Assembly (NCBI GenBank): GCA_951406725.2
Contig: OX597815.1
Coordinates: forward strand, 110,546,001 to 110,610,000
DNA length: 64,000 nt
Direction: 5' to 3'
Origin: Octopus vulgaris
Taxonomy: Eukaryota
Shown here: one piece after another, positions 14,974-27,417 of the stretch
How positions within the stretch are numbered: position 1 is the first letter of the stretch
How the letters are laid out: each line of letters begins with the position of its first letter
Position numbers and translations under genes: made by a program
The notes under the pieces: model-generated
What the model was told of the DNA's origin: nothing
What the model saw: only the letters and a program-made list of their open reading frames with translations
Database searches by the model: none

Positions 14974-15045
14974 CATACCCATATATATTGAGAGAAGGAG
15001 AGAAAGTAATACATATATACAACTGTATATACATATATTCATATG

Positions 15046-15100
<55 letters not shown>

Positions 15101-15323
15101 TTATATATATATATATATATATACATACATCTTGGACGTTTACTTTATTTTCATTTAGCTTCGGATCTAACTTACACTTGTGGACATGGTATTCTTACTA
15201 TCATCAAGTCAAATTAAGACCACATACTTTGGAGAAGGAGTGAAGTCGAATCTATGAAATTAATCGAGGTTCTATTTGAGCATCAAACGTAATAGAGCGT
15301 AAAAAACATAGACAAAGTTGAAG

Positions 15324-15650
15324 ATCCCCTTCGGTCATGATGACCGTAGGATTGCGCCTAGAAAGTTCCCCTCCGAGACAAAGTCCAGGTAAGGTTATTT
15401 ATGGAAGATCAACAGTCGCCCATGCATACCAGCCTCACCTCACCACGCCACCGATGTAATCCAAGGGAATGGCAAAGGCCGATACAGCTTGGCTGCCAGT
15501 GGTGTCGCAACTGATTTCTGCACCTGAAAGAACTGGGGTAGCACGAAATAAAGTGCCTTGCTTAAGAGCAACACACAACCCGGTCTGGGAATGGAACTCA
15601 CTTCCTCATGATTGTGAACCCGACGCTCTAACCATCGAGCCATGAACTCT
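15324..15650 (-). mobile_element. SINE family C, diverged
   Basis: Reverse complement catggctcgatggttagagcgtcggg..aagctgtatcggcctttgcc..ggtatgcatgggcgact..tgaccgaagggg. Confidence 0.8.
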
Positions 15651-15779
15651 CATCAAATAACATAGAAAATATAATAAATCAGGATCGTCAGAAATGTCAG
15701 ATTAAACGTCCATGTAGAAAGGAAGTATGAAATTCGAAGCAATATGCGACATAGTAGTTTAATGTAGGTAATAGTCATA

Positions 15780-15985
15780 GGAGGCGAGCTGGCAGAAACG
15801 TTAGTACACTGGGCGTTATTTCGTCTGTCTTTACGTTCTGAGTTCAAATTCCGCCGAGGTCGACTTTGCCTTTCATCCTTTCGGGGTCGATAAATTAAGT
15901 ACCAGTTGCGTACTGAGGTCGATCTAATCGACTGCACTCGCCTCTCCAAAAATTTCTGGCCTTGTGCCTTGAGTAGAAAAGAATG
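15780..15985 (+). mobile_element. SINE family B
   Basis: ggcgagctggcagaaacgttag..gttcaaattccgccgaggtcgactttgcctttcatcctttcggggtcgataaattaagtaccag. Confidence 0.85.
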
Positions 15986-16407
15986 TAGGTAATAGTTATG
16001 TATTTGTCTATGCATTGCAGTAAAAATCAGACATGTTAATGGTTGTTATTACAAATGATATATTAGTTGTGCTTCGAAACAAGATTTACATGATTGGTCT
16101 AAAGTGGAAAAAAAAAATTTTTAAGTAAAAAAATTTATATCAAATACATATCTAAATTGTTACGTGCATAACTAGAGAATGCACGAGTAGAAATTACTTT
16201 TGATTGACTTTCATATATTCCGAGATTTATAAATTACCCGTACTCCAACTGGGTTCAGTTCTTCTCGTCACTTTTTCTCCTTCTTCCCTTTTTTTCTTAC
16301 ATTTTCCATCTACTTCTCTCCTTCTGGAAAAAATCGGTTTGCATCAGACTTAGTGAGTGATGGCGCATCTGAGACTCCGCAAAACTAAATATATTCACGT
16401 ACATGCT

Positions 16408-16436
<29 letters not shown>

Positions 16437-16438
<2 letters not shown>

Positions 16439-16596
16439 ACCACATCGATCCTACTACTCAACTTGTACTTATTTTTATTGAACCCCAAAAAGATGAAAGG
16501 CAAAATTGACCTCGACGGAATTTGAACTTAGAACATAAAGACGAACAAAATACCACTAAGCATTTTGTCCAGTGTCCAAATTTTACTAGCTCACCG
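16437..16596 (-). mobile_element. SINE family B, diverged
   Basis: gatgaaaggcaaaattgacctcgacggaatttgaacttagaac..ccactaagcattttgtcc. Confidence 0.7.
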
Positions 16597-16794
16597 ATTT
16601 CAATAAATATTATAATTATACACACACGCACACACCCATACACACACACACATACACACACACACACACATACACACACACACACACACGGTTCCCGAAT
16701 CACTACCAGAGCGCTCCACCTTCAATAAGTTTGTACGTTTTGGATCGTTGGCTATGATGCCAGAACCGAATAATGACTGTATTTCTATGCGGTA

Positions 16795-16987
16795 ATTTGT
16801 TCTGCAAGAAATAGTAATCAATTTTTTCTCAAATCATAACCGAATGTGTCAGTGAAGGACGCATTAGATAGTTCTCTTAGTCTTCTTTCATGTAGGAAAA
16901 AGACGGGTACATCAAGGTTAGTCTATATTTATGCATAGCACTACTCGATTAGGTGTGAGCTAGAGTTGAGCAACAACAACAACAATA
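16795..16987 (+). repeat. Ancient dispersed repeat ending in (AAC)n; diverged relatives at ~3145-3335, 5175-5330, 5610-5760, 7690-8200 (split by the Helitron), 20790-20930 (-), 23085-23270, 37660-37830
   Basis: Recurrent loose motif gaaatagcagccaaat..ctcaaatcacac..aaggacacatt.gata..aaagac.ggatg.tca..ggaatgc.tttgatc; recognised by eye, low identity. Confidence 0.45.
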
Positions 16988-17092
16988 CACTTTGTCATAC
17001 GTCTATTACTATAGCCATTGACGGATCAATACTTTGCGAGTGGAATTTGGCGTACGAAAACCATGCAGAAGCCCATTGTGTATGTACGTATG

Positions 17093-17253
17093 TCATTACT
17101 CAGTTTATTTCAAGATTTCTTGCCAATAGAGAAAGCACCGGTTGATTGGAAATTCAGTATCAACAAGACGGTATTTTTGTTTGTATGTATGTATGTATGT
17201 ATGTATGTATGTATGTATGTATGTATGTATGGATGGATGGATGTATGCATGCA

Positions 17254-17300
<47 letters not shown>

Positions 17301-17658
17301 ATGTATGTATGCATGTCTGTCTGTCTGTATGTCTGTCTGTATGTATGTATGTATGTATATATGTATGCATGTATGTATGTATGTATGTATGTATGTATGT
17401 ATGTATGTATGTATGTATGTATGTGTGTATGTATATATATCTGTGCAGATTTGTATGGTTTATGTATGTATTCTCGTGCATATAGTTACATAGAAATGAT
17501 AAACTTTTGGAAAGTTTTACAGATTTCTACAGTTCCAGTGATAGATTGGATCTGTAGTCTTCGAATTAGATTTTTCGTTTCTGGTTTTGACTTGCCTAAT
17601 TTCTCAAGATTGGTGTTTAGGCAGTGTGTTACATATCCCAGGGCCCCAGTAATTACAG
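17093..17658 (-). mobile_element. 3' fragment of RLE non-LTR retrotransposon (family 2), 3'UTR interrupted by expanded (TACA/GACA)n
   Basis: Minus-strand [52 protein letters not shown]; 3'UTR matches 36260-36370; TATG repeats on both flanks. Confidence 0.8.
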
Positions 17659-17708
17659 ATATGTATGTATGTGTATGTTTTTTTGTGTACACATGCATAC
17701 ATACGTAC

Positions 17709-17771
<63 letters not shown>

Positions 17772-17776
17772 TTATA

Positions 17777-17826
<50 letters not shown>

Positions 17827-18035
17827 ACACTCAGATGCAGCACGGATTTTTGTCAGTGAACAGGTCGCGGATTTTAGCGACGAAAATATTTTGACAAATT
17901 AAACTTAAATGTTGAAGTGAATCGAACGGCTTTTGTGTGTTTCTTAAATGGCTTACAAACACCTTCCACGCTGCAATCGTTTTCGTTCCAGCACACGATC
18001 TCAGATCAAATCACTTGCTATGCAAGTACATCTCC

Positions 18036-18096
<61 letters not shown>

Positions 18097-18167
18097 TAAT
18101 TTCATTAAATTGATCAATACTTTGTCTCTTCGTTTCTCTCTCTCTCTCTATTTGCTTTCCTCCCATC

Positions 18168-18205
18168 TCTTTCTGTCGAAGAAGGTAGGCTTGAAACGTC
18201 AAAGA
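18168..18205 (+). ncRNA. Hammerhead-like motif with variant core CUGUCGA
   Basis: UCUUU-CUGUCGA-..-GAAA-CG-UC-AAAGA; 5-bp stem I, weak stem II; related decayed copy at 47567-47602 (-). Confidence 0.45.
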
Positions 18206-18213
18206 ATAAATCG

Positions 18214-18259
<46 letters not shown>

Positions 18260-18293
18260 ATATACATGCACATACATGCATACACACATATAT

Positions 18294-18423
18294 ACGATGG
18301 GTTCGTTTCGGTTTCCATTTGTCAAATCCGCCCACAAGGCTTTGGTCGGCCCGAGACTGTAGTGGAAGACACTTGCCGAAGGTGCCACAGAACCATCTGG
18401 TTGAATAGGAAACTTCTTACCAC
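18294..18423 (-). mobile_element. SINE family A 5' fragment
   Basis: cacaaggctttggtcggcccgagactgtagtggaagacacttgccgaaggtgccac matches 1707-1761. Confidence 0.7.
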
Positions 18424-19064
18424 GCTAATACACACTCATACACACGCACGCATGCATGCATACACACACACAAACACACACCAACACACATATGCACACA
18501 CACGCACGCACAAACGCACACGCATACACTTATTTTGTCGCATCTTTTTATATACTAAGAGTGTTATTTTAGTATTGAATAATGTTGAGGCCTTTATGAC
18601 AAAATCTATAGTAATTAATACTTAAATATAATTGAAACTCAAAGCTAATTAATATTTCCACTGATGGTCGATTGTAGAAAAAATATATACTTAATTAACA
18701 TTGCTATCTATAGAACAATTAATTCTCTGATTGATTGATTCATTAAGTAACTGATTGACTCGATCGATTAAACGTACAGTCAAAGATATTTCCAAAAACA
18801 AACAAAATAATGTTTTTATATTTCTAAGATGATTTATTGCTTCAACAGCTGAAATAGTTCCATGTGCTATTTGACTATTTTTGATGTCATATCTCCCGGA
18901 ATTACGTTGCATATCACTTACTGTATCGATTGCGAATCAAGATTTACAGATCAAATTTTTAAAGGAATATATACACTTATATAATATCAATGAGTGTGCC
19001 AAGACTATTGAATTAAATTTACACGATTTATATATATATATATATATATATATTCAATATATGA

Positions 19065-19262
19065 CCACGTGTGTATCGCTGGCGATTGTTTTTCCTCCGT
19101 CTTCATTTCCTTGGATCTTTCCTTTTTCTATGTTTCTGACGAAGAGCTCTGCTCGAAACGTTAAATCCTTCTTCATTCTTTCCTTCCTGAGCGTCCAATA
19201 ACACTATACTTGTTCCACGTCCTCGCGTTGTGTTTTCTCTTTGTGTTTTCATGTTTGGCGCA
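19065..19262 (+). mobile_element. ~200-bp hammerhead-carrying dispersed repeat (likely PLE pseudo-LTR/non-autonomous element)
   Basis: Aligns with 26439-26639 (-), 46236-46422 (+) and partial 43900-43962; shared ttcctgagcgtccaataacactatacttgttccacgtcctcgcgttg; flanked by (TA)n. Confidence 0.75.
19133..19165 (+). ncRNA. Minimal type I hammerhead motif
   Basis: UUU-CUGACGA-A-GAGC-UCU-GCUC-GAAA-CG-UU-AAA; palindromic ACGU stem III; GUU site. Confidence 0.7.
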
Positions 19263-19713
19263 ACTATATATATATATACATATATTGATATCATTTTATG
19301 CGATCGATTTATTATGGTGCTATCATTTTCTGCCAAATCGTTTTCTACCATTCAACGCATGGTATATTAATGCAATTCACAAAGTTTTCCCCTTCATATC
19401 TATCGTAAAGAAGAAGGTTGCTACGGATATTCAAATATTTCTTCAAATATTTAGTATTGAATAATGTTGAGGCCTTTATGACAAAATCTATAGTAATTAA
19501 TACTTAAATATAATTGAAACTCAAAGCTAATTAATATTTCCACTGATGGTCGATTGTAGAAAAAAATATATACTTAATTAACATTGCTATCTATAGAACA
19601 TAGAACATATATATATATAACTTATAAAATAAGGTCAAAGGAAAAGTTCTAAAGCCAAATATGCCAAAAAAAAGACAAAAAACAAGACAAAGAAATTTCT
19701 AAAAAATCCGTTA

Positions 19714-19774
19714 TTATTGTATTGGTCCCAATTTCGGAGTTAATTCATAAGAATTTTCGCCTCTTCAGCGATAA
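19714..19774 (-). ncRNA. Type I hammerhead motif (different family)
   Basis: Minus strand UUAUCG-CUGAAGA-GG..CC-GAAA-UUGG-GA-CCAA-UA-CAAUAA; stem I with one mismatch; AUA site. Confidence 0.6.
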
Positions 19775-19889
19775 ATACGTAAGACATAAATGAAATACTT
19801 ACTCATACCCATGGAAAAAGCAAGCACTAAGTCCTGAGCAGACCTAAGTACTTAATTTTTTTTTTGGAAAAAAATGTTATCCTATTAGT

Positions 19890-19955
<66 letters not shown>

Positions 19956-20609
19956 TGTATATTGATAAAGCAGTAGATAGGTAGAATTGTTAAAGCATCG
20001 ACAATGCTTTTTGTCGTATTTAGCCAAGTTAAACTACATTACATATTCAGCTGGAATCTTGTTAAATTCGATTTGTCCATCTTTATGTCAGGATCGATAG
20101 AGTAAAGTGCCACCCAAATAATGAGGCCCCGCAGAATTTGAACCTTTACCTACGATATGTATCATTATTATTTTACTCTCCCGACCTCCAATGATTATAA
20201 CAGAATAAGCAATTCTCCAGAGTTGATGGCCTGACGTACTTTTTCTGTTCTCTTCTATTTGTTATTATCACCACCAACACTCCAATATTTCATACGTTGT
20301 TTGTTTTTTCTACGTAAAAGGGCTTGCAATTGAAATATTACTGATATTTATATCCGAAGGTAAGTCAACAATAGAAAGATGTAATCTGAGAAACATGGCG
20401 CCCCGTTAAAATATTATCGAGTGTTTTTTTATTATCTTTCCAACCTATCTGCCCAGCCATGATATTTTGTACACTTAAATAATAATCCAAAAGCTGTAAG
20501 AAACATTAGGCTGATTTATATCAGCAGAGTTAAGAAATATCTCTATCAAATTATCTAACAGGTACATCAGTATGTATACTGAATGCAGCCATACCGTCGT
20601 ATTTACCTC

Positions 20610-20648
<39 letters not shown>

Positions 20649-21130
20649 TGTGTATGCGTGTGTGTGTGTGCGCATGCGCGTGTGTGGTGACACTAATTAT
20701 ACCTCTTCTTTCCTAGTTCGAAATGGAAACAATGATGTTGACAGAATGCCACAGGTCTAAATCGAGAGATCTGTCAGTTTTAATGAAAACTACTATTGGT
20801 TGTTCTAATATCATTTAGCGCCAGATTGGTCCAGATCAAGCAGGCCAAATATCAAAGGCATTCCATCCATGGCCATCTGTCACTTTATAGTTATACTTAG
20901 GATTAGAATATCTAATATGTACATTCGCCTATTCTTAACACGTTTCCGCAGAACACAGACGTGAAGATGACTTTTTGCTGTTGGATTCTATATTGGTAGA
21001 ATGCCTCCTTCTTTTAGTTGCACGAAATGTCTAAACAACGCACTGGTTTAACAGTGTTTACACACTCATTCCAATAATGTCAATGTGGTGAAAGTGTGTT
21101 GATTATACGTATCATTTAAAGAGAGAAGGA

Positions 21131-21200
21131 ATTCTCTGAAGACGAAATAAATCAGTGAAAAGCCATGTTTAAGTCAAGCATGCCGAAACAGTTTCAGAAT
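21131..21200 (+). ncRNA. Decayed hammerhead-like motif
   Basis: AUUCU-CUGAAGA..GAAA-CAGUU-UC-AGAAU; perfect stem I, damaged stems II and III. Confidence 0.4.
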
Positions 21201-23439
21201 GAATTTATACATAAGTGGCTTTGGTGCTTCCTGTTCTGTGTATACATAATATTTAACACTTTTCATTACTTCAGGACGTAACTAAACAGGGAATTTTGCT
21301 TCGTAATTTCATTCGCAAATAGAATTATATATAGAATTTAAGTATGTGCACAAAGGTAACAAGCTAGATGTATCGTCTCATCACAAATACGCCACAGGCA
21401 TTTTTTAAAAAAATGTTTTCGATAGGATGAAATAGTAGATCAACCATGGTGAGATTTGACCTCAGAAAGTAAACAGAAGTAACTAAATACAGCAAGTTGT
21501 TTTGCCGCCGTTTCCACCTACTATAATCATATGGCTTCTTCATTTTATATTCTCATCATATACACAAAATTATGTGTGCTTGTAAAGTGTAAGTATGTGT
21601 ACGTGACAAGCGGATACAGAAACGCGCATATGTTTATACACTTACATATATGTATAAACACACATTCTTACTTACGTACATACTTAATTATCCCAATTAA
21701 ATCCATTAACGTCCAATATTGATGAATTATTAAGTTTGAGGCCTATGTTAGAAAATTATTTATGAATTAGTATTTCTAAACTATTTACCAGGCATATTTA
21801 TTACGTTTAAAATATTCAGTTTAAGTAATAATTGTATATAATTTATCACACTTCGGAATATTTCTCCGGGTGTTTATATCTTTCTACCCACTAATAAATG
21901 TATATTTACCGCAAATCGCTATCATTTATCATTTTTCTTCCATTTTCTTTCTCCTTTCTTTCTTTTCTCTCTTTCTTCCCCTCTATAACATACCACACTC
22001 TCTGTCTGTCCCCACTCACTCTCGTTCATTATTTTCTTCTTACTTTTCCACTCTCCTTCAGTTATTTATTTATTTATTTACTAATTAATTGCCAACACGA
22101 ATCTATCACCTCTAAAATTTGATTTACGTTTTAAAGTAATTCATATTTTCCTTGTTTGTTAGTTGATGGGTTTTAGTTGTTTATTTTATTTAATTTTTTT
22201 ATTTTGATAAATTTTTTATACTAAATTAGGTTCTAAATCATAATTAATGCATTCGTGGCTTTCCAATATCACTTAAAACTTTCATTTTTGATCATGATTT
22301 CCTGTTATTCCTTTGAAACACTTCAGAGCAAATATCCTTATTTATGAAATCTATTTAACAAATTTAAAGTTAATCATGAAATATGTATCTGTTAAAAGCT
22401 GATATATCAAAGTCTGCTTAAAACGTATATTTGCCCAATGTTTCTTTTATTTACACTACCACAAGTGTGTTATAATGAAAGTATACATATCTGAGGCTGA
22501 CAAGGCCGCCATTTTAACACAATAAAAAATTTAAAAACATAGTGCGAATATAGATAGTATTATATCCCAGTTGAAGTTTTAAGTTTTATTTAACTTTTCA
22601 GTTGTATTTGTTTCTTAGTCCAGTCAGGTCTAGTTGAGCCGTCTTCATTCACATATAGTATATCTTCGCCTACTTCTATCCATTGGTTTTTAAAATGACA
22701 GGTTGTGTTTATATTCAATGATACAACGACAAGTAACTATCTAAATGACATTTCTAGTAAATACTTTAGATATTCTGACAATAAATCTCAATTATATCCT
22801 TCGTTATAATACCAGCTCAACTTTATCGCTACACAAACATTTGATTAACGTTATGTCATAATTGTAAGACTCGCCGATTCAATTCATTCTCTGAAGTGCC
22901 ACTATTTTATAATATTTCTTATACAAAGATTTTATAATTATACTAAGTTCTCTCCCATGTAATGCAAGATTGAATAATTTAATATGCCCAATATTATTGG
23001 CTAATTATATCAGTTTGTGAAACTGTAGTTGGTTTTTCTGGCCTCTGTCAAACTCGAAATAGTTTACTACTAAAATCAACAGCCAATGAAATGCTAGTCA
23101 AATAAATGTATTTCGAAACATACGTCACATTCTTCAAAAAGAGAGAAAGACATTTTCGAAAATGCGTTCTTATGTGCATTGTGGTTGAAGACAGACGACA
23201 AGATGATCACCACTAGAAAAAGTTTGATTATGAAGTAAAGCGGGCCAAGGATGACTTGCAGTTAAACAACGGAGAATAACTGTTTCTTAACTTCCACATA
23301 TCGCAACTTAAATTGTTTTTAATGGTAGTATCTCTAGTTCAAGAATGACGGTTCTGCAATTTTCTTGCTGAACAACCAGCAGAGATGATTTCTTTATGGC
23401 GAACAAATGTTTGTGTTGCACATAATCTGACTCCCTCCA

Positions 23440-23622
23440 TCAAATCGGTATTGCGGTTACACGTCTACAGTGTGCCAAATGTCTGAAGTCGAAGTTATCG
23501 AAGAGCAACGTGAAATGAAGTGTTTTGTTCAAGAACAGAACAGAACGTACCATCGGGTCTGGGGATAGAAACCGCGACCTTAAGATTGTGAGTGCAACAT
23601 CCTAACCAATAGGCAAGCGCTC
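23440..23622 (-). mobile_element. Old SINE head fragment
   Basis: gagcaacgtgaaatgaagtgttttgttcaagaaca..ggtctggggatagaaaccgcgacc..gtgagtgcaacatcctaacca. Confidence 0.55.
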
Positions 23623-24174
23623 TCGTATCGCATCATAAAGGATTCTTAAAACACTACTTCATTGCTCATAACTATGAATAATTATGAGTGAAAATTGCCT
23701 GCAAATCCATATTTCTACTGAAAGTTCATTGGTGGATTCACTGCTGTGGAATAGTTTGCTCTGCAGCTCAAATCGTCCGCGGCATAGACTAATACGCACC
23801 GAAAAATATATACTATAACAACAACAATGACATTATACTGATCATCTGACGATGGGAATTGATGAATATATTGTTGCAAAGACTATCTATCTATCTGCCT
23901 GTCTGTTTGTCTGTCGGTCTGTCAGTCTGTCTGTCTTTCTATCTATCTCAATACATGTGTGTATGCGTGTGAGTGTCAATACATACATACATACATACAT
24001 ACATACATACATACATACATACATACATACATACATACATACATACATACATACATACATGCATGCATACATACATACATACATACACACATACATACAT
24101 ACATACATATATATATATATGTATTATGTGTGTATGTATATACATGTATATATATATATGCATGTGTGTGTATG

Positions 24175-24223
<49 letters not shown>

Positions 24224-25085
24224 TTATAATTCTATTCTACCTTTGGTATTCCAGTATTTGAGTACTATATTTCTCCACTTTGTGTCGCAACTAAGTGCTT
24301 ACTTGTGTGTGTCTGAGTGTGTGTGTATGTGTGTGTGTGCATGTGTGTGTGCATGCATGAGTGTAATGCACACATACATATTTGCATATATGTGAATGTA
24401 GGAATAAATTATTTACTTAAAAGCATATATACATGCGTTAATGTGTACTGTAGCACACACACACATTTATGTACATACGCATGCATACATATATCTCTAT
24501 ACGTGTATATATATATTAATTATTTCTTCATTTCCCACCCACTGTCCTCAACGTCATAGAACATTGTTAATATGATAAACCATGAGCCGGGTGACCAATT
24601 AGCTATTACTCTGGTTTCCGGGTGTGTACAGTGAATGTCTATGAGATGTGACAATGACAGTTGCTCGGGTGTACATAACATGTTCACTCAACGGAGCGAC
24701 AACCATCTGCTTCTATGTATGTCTCACCGCAACCGTGCACCTGGACTACACGTAAATGTGTTACCCCTGCACAAAATACTCACCTAAGCACCCCAATTCT
24801 ACTTAGTTTCTGACACTCATATATTTCGTGCCTACCCCCACAGTCAGCACTACCTTCACAAACAAAATTCTCATTTTTTGAAACACCCTCCCCCACAAAA
24901 ACACACACGCGCGCACACACTCACCACACACACACACGCAGAGACACATACGTATATGTACATCCTTCTCTGAGCGTCTTAATACTTTCCAGGTAACACA
25001 TCCCTGCGTTGTTGCGTTTTCCTGTTGTCATTTTCTTTCTCCATTTCTTAATTAATTATACACACCCACACACATATATATATAC

Positions 25086-25144
<59 letters not shown>

Positions 25145-25359
25145 CATATATATACATATATGTATGTGCATATGTAAATACACATTTGTATGTGTACATG
25201 TATATCTATATATGCATGTATATATGTATATGAATATATATGTGACTATATATGTAGGCTAATGTATGTATATATATATATATACACATATCTGTGTATA
25301 TCTACATATATATCATATATATATATGTATGTATATGTGTTTGTGCTTGTGTTTGTGTG

Positions 25360-25390
<31 letters not shown>

Positions 25391-26306
25391 ATACATACGT
25401 ATATACATTTGTTTGCATGTATCTATTATTCTACTCATATAGGCTTGCTTGTTCTTGTTATAACATGCACACCCCTATAAACAAGATATACCTGTGAGAG
25501 GTTTTTTTTTTTTTGCCTAGTTGATTTTCAAAAGTCGTATACACGTGTGTATTTGATAGAAATGCTAAATGATATGCATAATATTTGCATAAATACACGC
25601 TCAGGCACAAACACACCGATATGATTGGGTTTTTGTGTTTGTGAGTAAGTGTATAATACGCAGGTGTGTGTATATATATATATATATATACAAACATTTA
25701 TGCAAACAAACATGTACGTACGTACGTACGTATGTATGTATGTATGTATGTATGTATGTATGTATGTATGTATGTATGCATGTATGTATGTACGCATGAG
25801 TGTAGTTGTTCGTTCGATTCACAATATATTTTCTATGTTAGCATTGGTTGGAAGAATATTAATTACAGAGGCTTTATTGTACATCCGATTGCTTTTCCTG
25901 TCGCTAAATATTACCTGCCTTCAGGTAAGGGCTATATATATATATATATATATATGTGTATGTATGTATGTATGTATGTATGTATGTATGTATGTATGTA
26001 TGTATGTATGTATGTATGTATGTATGTATGTATGTATGTATGTGTGTATGTATGTATGTATACAAACGTACACACTTACATGCATACGTGCGTATGTTTG
26101 AGTAAGTGTGTGAGTGTGTAGATTTAGCAGAACAAACAGGATAGAGCGCAATACATAAGCATATGTATGTCTGTTATTTTTAATCATTAAAAGGTGACTC
26201 AAAGACCGAGTTTTTTCTTACATGCCACTCGTCAACCAGCTTGATGATTAATATTAGTAAAAAGGCAAATGTATGTATACGTGTATGTATGCATATATAT
26301 ATATAA

Positions 26307-26415
<109 letters not shown>

Positions 26416-26438
26416 TAGATAGATATAGATATATATAT

Positions 26439-26639
26439 AGTTAATCCAAACATGAACAAAGAGAAAACACAACAACACGAGGACGTGGAACAAGTATAGT
26501 GTTATTGGACGCTCAGGAAAGGAAAGAAAGAAGGAGGATTTAACGTTTCGAGCGGAGCTCTTCGTCAGAAATATAGAAAAAGGAAAAGTCCAAGGGAGGG
26601 AAGACGGAGAAAGAAAATTGACAACGATACACACGTGGT
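26439..26639 (-). mobile_element. Hammerhead-carrying ~200-bp repeat copy
   Basis: Reverse complement of the 19065-19262 family; between (TA)n/(GA)n and (TATG)n. Confidence 0.75.
26538..26572 (-). ncRNA. Minimal type I hammerhead motif
   Basis: Minus strand AUUU-CUGACGA-A-GAGC-UCC-GCUC-GAAA-CG-UU-AAAU. Confidence 0.72.
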
Positions 26640-27274
26640 ATGTATGTATGTATGTATGTATGTATGTATGTATGTATGTATGTATGTATGTATGTATGTA
26701 TGTATGGGTGAATGGACACATGAAAGAGAAGGACACACAACACATTTAGCATGAGTTACATGTATTCTTTAAAGCGGTTTGATTCGGTTCTATGCAACTT
26801 AAAGTTTTGCAGGCAAGCCTCTTACAGACGCCTGTCACTTTCAGGCTATAGCTTCCCGAATCCTAAGGGTTGAGAGAGAACCTAAAGGCGGAAAGAGACG
26901 ACAAAATAAATAAAAAGAATAATACATCTACACAGTTTTATTATTATTATATAGCATATTGAATTTAAAATTTAAATTTCTCTCGGATATGTTTCTGTTA
27001 CCTGGATATCCCGCAATGCAGTTCTCATTTGTATCCAGTTTGTTCATCTGGTTAAAAATGTGTCCATGTAGATTTATTCAAGGTGTTACCACTATTCACA
27101 GTGATTTAAAATTTAATTTAAATATGCTGTATAAATATGTGTAATAATAGAGACAGAGTAGATGTATATTCTCCTTGTTTATTTGAATTGCCTTGGAATT
27201 ACACTCAGTAAACTGTTTATAATCCAATGAAGCAAACTCAGAATTTACCCATCGGATGAAATACATTGGGACTG

Positions 27275-27301
27275 TTATTGATAGTCCGAATACTGACGTG
27301 T

Positions 27302-27385
<84 letters not shown>

Positions 27386-27417
27386 AAAAACACGTCAGTA
27401 TTTGGACGTATCAATAA
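27275..27417. repeat. ~28-bp inverted repeats enclosing (CA)n(TA)n; MITE-like
   Basis: ttattgatagtccgaatactgacgtgtt / aacacgtcagtatttggacgtatcaataa. Confidence 0.75.

Larger units (their letters stand above)
18568..19600 (+). repeat. ~150-bp near-identical direct repeats (18568-18717 and 19450-19600)
   Basis: tttagtattgaataatgttgagg..ctatctatagaaca occurs twice, differing by one A in a homopolymer. Confidence 0.92.

Noticed and set aside
17823-18037. Possible DNA-transposon end between TA tracts
   Set aside because: Only one copy in the window and no partner TIR; cannot be classified.
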